Assembly (NCBI GenBank): GCA_037147375.1
Contig: JBAWVI010000057.1
Location: 1-6,187 of the forward strand
Source of the DNA: an archaeon
Lineage (GTDB): Archaea; Iainarchaeota; Iainarchaeia; Iainarchaeales; CSSED10-239
Length of the DNA stretch: 6,187 nucleotides
Direction: 5' to 3'
A program made the position numbers and the translations under genes. The notes under the pieces were generated by a model. The model searched no databases. It saw only the letters and a list, made by a program, of their open reading frames with translations, and was not told the origin of the DNA. Position 1 is the stretch's first letter; each line of letters opens with the position of its first letter. Positions 5,112 through 6,187 of this stretch are shown here, piece after piece.

Positions 5112-5127
5112 TTGATATTTGTTGCAC
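5112..5127 (+). repeat. Degenerate third copy (TTGATATTTGTTGCAC), inverted relative to copy 2
   Basis: It shares the 10-nt core ATATTTGTTG and the terminal CAC with the motif, with two 2-nt gaps. Together with 5080-5094 it forms the imperfect palindrome GTGTCCAACAAATAT-N20-ATATTTGTTGCAC. Confidence 0.6.
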
Positions 5128-5153
5128 CTAATAGAATAAGGTAGTATAGAATT

Positions 5154-5171
5154 AAAAGGTTTTTGGAAAAA
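5154..5171 (-). terminator. Oligo-T tracts downstream of topA (T5 and T4 on the - strand)
   Basis: The - strand reads AAACTTTTTCCAAAAACCTTTTAAT. T5 corresponds to 5167-5171 and T4 to 5154-5157, which is 27-44 nt after the topA stop. Confidence 0.25.
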
Positions 5172-5197
5172 GTTTATAAAATTTATCTTAAAATTAG

Positions 5198-6187
5198 TTA
5201 TTCAGCTTTCTTTTTTGTAATCTTTTTTTCTATTATTTTTGGTGTTTTTATTGGTTTTGCAACTTTTATTTTCTCTTTCTTTGCTTCTTCTTTTTGTTTT
5301 GCTTTATCTTCTTTTTCTGCAACTTTCTTTTCCTTTGCTTGTGCCTTTTCTTCTCTTACTGCCTTTCTCTCTTCTATTTCCTTTCTTAGTGCTTCTTTTG
5401 TTATGCAGTTTGGATTAAGACACATTTCAAAATTAAGTCCTCTCTTTCCAGTCATTTGTATCATTGGTGCTTTACATTCTGGACATTCTTTATTTAATGG
5501 AGCTGCTTTTTTATTTTGAGGGAGAGGATATGTTGTTCTACATTTAGGAAATCCAGAGCATCCAACAAATTGTTTTCCGCTTGCACCTCCATATCTAATT
5601 ACAAGATCTTTACTACAATTAGGGCATTTCCCAAGATATGAAGATGTATGTATTCCACCTTTAAGTTCTTTAGCAATATCGTCCTTTTCTTTAAGAAGAA
5701 TATCAATAATTGTTTTTATAATATCTCTAGTTTCTCCTACAACTTTATCCTTATCTTTTTTTCCTGCTGCAACTTCATCCATTTCAATTTCTGTGTTTGC
5801 GGTTAAAGCTGGATTAGTAATTTTTTCACAATGCTTGTTAAGTACTGAGCAAACAGCGATTGCAATATCTGTAGGAGATATGCTTTTTGTTCCTTCAATA
5901 TAATTTCTATCCTTTAGCTTTTGAATAATAGCTGGCCTAGTTGATTTAGTTCCTAGATTTTGTTCTTCCATAAGCTTGATTAGTCCACCCTCACTATATT
6001 GAGCAGGAGGTGTTGTTTCTTTCTTATCTAAAAACATTTCATCTATATTAACTATATCTCCCTTTGCAAGTGTTGGAAGAATAACTTCATTTAATTTAGA
6101 ATAATAATATATTTTTTTCCACCCAGCTTCAATAATTCTTTGTCCAGAAACTGAAAAAGGTTCTTTTTCAACATCAATAACTGCAGA
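5198..6187 (-). CDS. topA: Type IA DNA topoisomerase, C-terminal 329 aa; the 5' end lies beyond the window
   Basis: My hand translation of the - strand from 6187 down to 6038 gives SAVIDVEKEPFSVSGQRIIEAGWKKIYYYSKLNEVILPTLAKGDIVNIDE with no stop. The ATG at 6037 is therefore internal. The type IA signature PPAQYSEGGLIKLMEEQNLGTKSTRPAIIQKLKDRNYI is present. Two intact C4 zinc ribbons follow: CPNC...CSGFPKC (5540-5626) and CPEC...CLNPNC (5405-5485). The protein ends in a ~66-aa K/E/A-rich tail. The stop is TAA at 5198-5200. Confidence 0.9.
   Translation of the reverse strand, partial: SAVIDVEKEPFSVSGQRIIEAGWKKIYYYSKLNEVILPTLAKGDIVNIDEMFLDKKETTPPAQYSEGGLIKLMEEQNLGTKSTRPAIIQKLKDRNYIEGTKSISPTDIAIAVCSVLNKHCEKITNPALTANTEIEMDEVAAGKKDKDKVVGETRDIIKTIIDILLKEKDDIAKELKGGIHTSSYLGKCPNCSKDLVIRYGGASGKQFVGCSGFPKCRTTYPLPQNKKAAPLNKECPECKAPMIQMTGKRGLNFEMCLNPNCITKEALRKEIEERKAVREEKAQAKEKKVAEKEDKAKQKEEAKKEKIKVAKPIKTPKIIEKKITKKKAE
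5201..5398 (-). other. Lysine/glutamate/alanine-rich low-complexity C-terminal tail of TopA (~66 aa)
   Basis: The sequence is KEALRKEIEERKAVREEKAQAKEKKVAEKEDKAKQKEEAKKEKIKVAKPIKTPKIIEKKITKKKAE. Its antisense strand yields the spurious F/S-rich track ORF 5163-5519. Confidence 0.85.

Noticed and set aside
5201-5398. Repetitive-looking AAG/GAA-rich DNA as a tandem repeat or CRISPR-like array
   Set aside because: There is no fixed-length repeat unit or spacer architecture. The periodicity is codon-level low complexity within an open reading frame continuous with TopA.
5163-5519. 118-aa F/S-rich, TTG-initiated ORF on the + strand that looks like a membrane protein
   Set aside because: It is the antisense reading of the K/E/A-rich TopA tail and zinc ribbon, because AAA/GAA codons read backwards give TTT/TTC. 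The TopA frame has intact C4 zinc ribbons, so it is the real one.
6035-6037. ATG at 6037 as the topA start (279-aa track ORF)
   Set aside because: The frame stays open for a further 50 codons to the window edge. Those codons encode conserved type IA topoisomerase sequence, and the ATG sits in the middle of a domain.

Overview
This is an AT-rich window (roughly 30% G+C by eye) that reads as a housekeeping stretch of an archaeal chromosome. The archaeal call rests on a Cdc48/VAT-type double AAA+ ATPase, a single-domain KaiC-like ATPase, a GAGGTG Shine-Dalgarno, TATA-like tracts and oligo-T terminators. The extreme AT bias and the K/E-rich low-complexity tails on three unrelated enzymes suggest a small-genome lineage such as DPANN, but that is inference only. 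There are five real genes. On the + strand: nrdJ (class II ribonucleotide reductase, 5'-truncated by the window), then dut 14 nt downstream (canonical trimeric dUTPase), then a 234-aa KaiC-like/RecA-superfamily ATPase. On the - strand: a type IA topoisomerase (3' part; its frame stays open to the window edge at 6187, beyond the ORF-track ATG) and a 733-aa Cdc48/VAT. I see no tRNA, rRNA, CRISPR array, transposase, integrase or recognisable defence gene. The other track ORFs are antisense or off-frame shadows. One structure is not explained by the genes. A perfect 21-nt inverted repeat, TTGTTATATTTGTTGGACACT (1957-1977 and 5079-5099; 30/35 when extended), brackets exactly the convergent KaiC-like/Cdc48 pair. 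Each copy points toward the gene it precedes. Each copy is also in frame with an ATG exactly 12 nt upstream, giving mini-ORFs of 11 and 17 aa that share LLYLLDT and overlap a neighbouring gene boundary as ATGA. A third, degenerate copy forms an imperfect palindrome upstream of cdc48. I cannot tell from sequence alone whether this is a shared promoter/operator, a leader-peptide device, the ends of a cassette, or a genome-wide intergenic repeat. Otherwise the region is ordinary, and I do not claim a new system.
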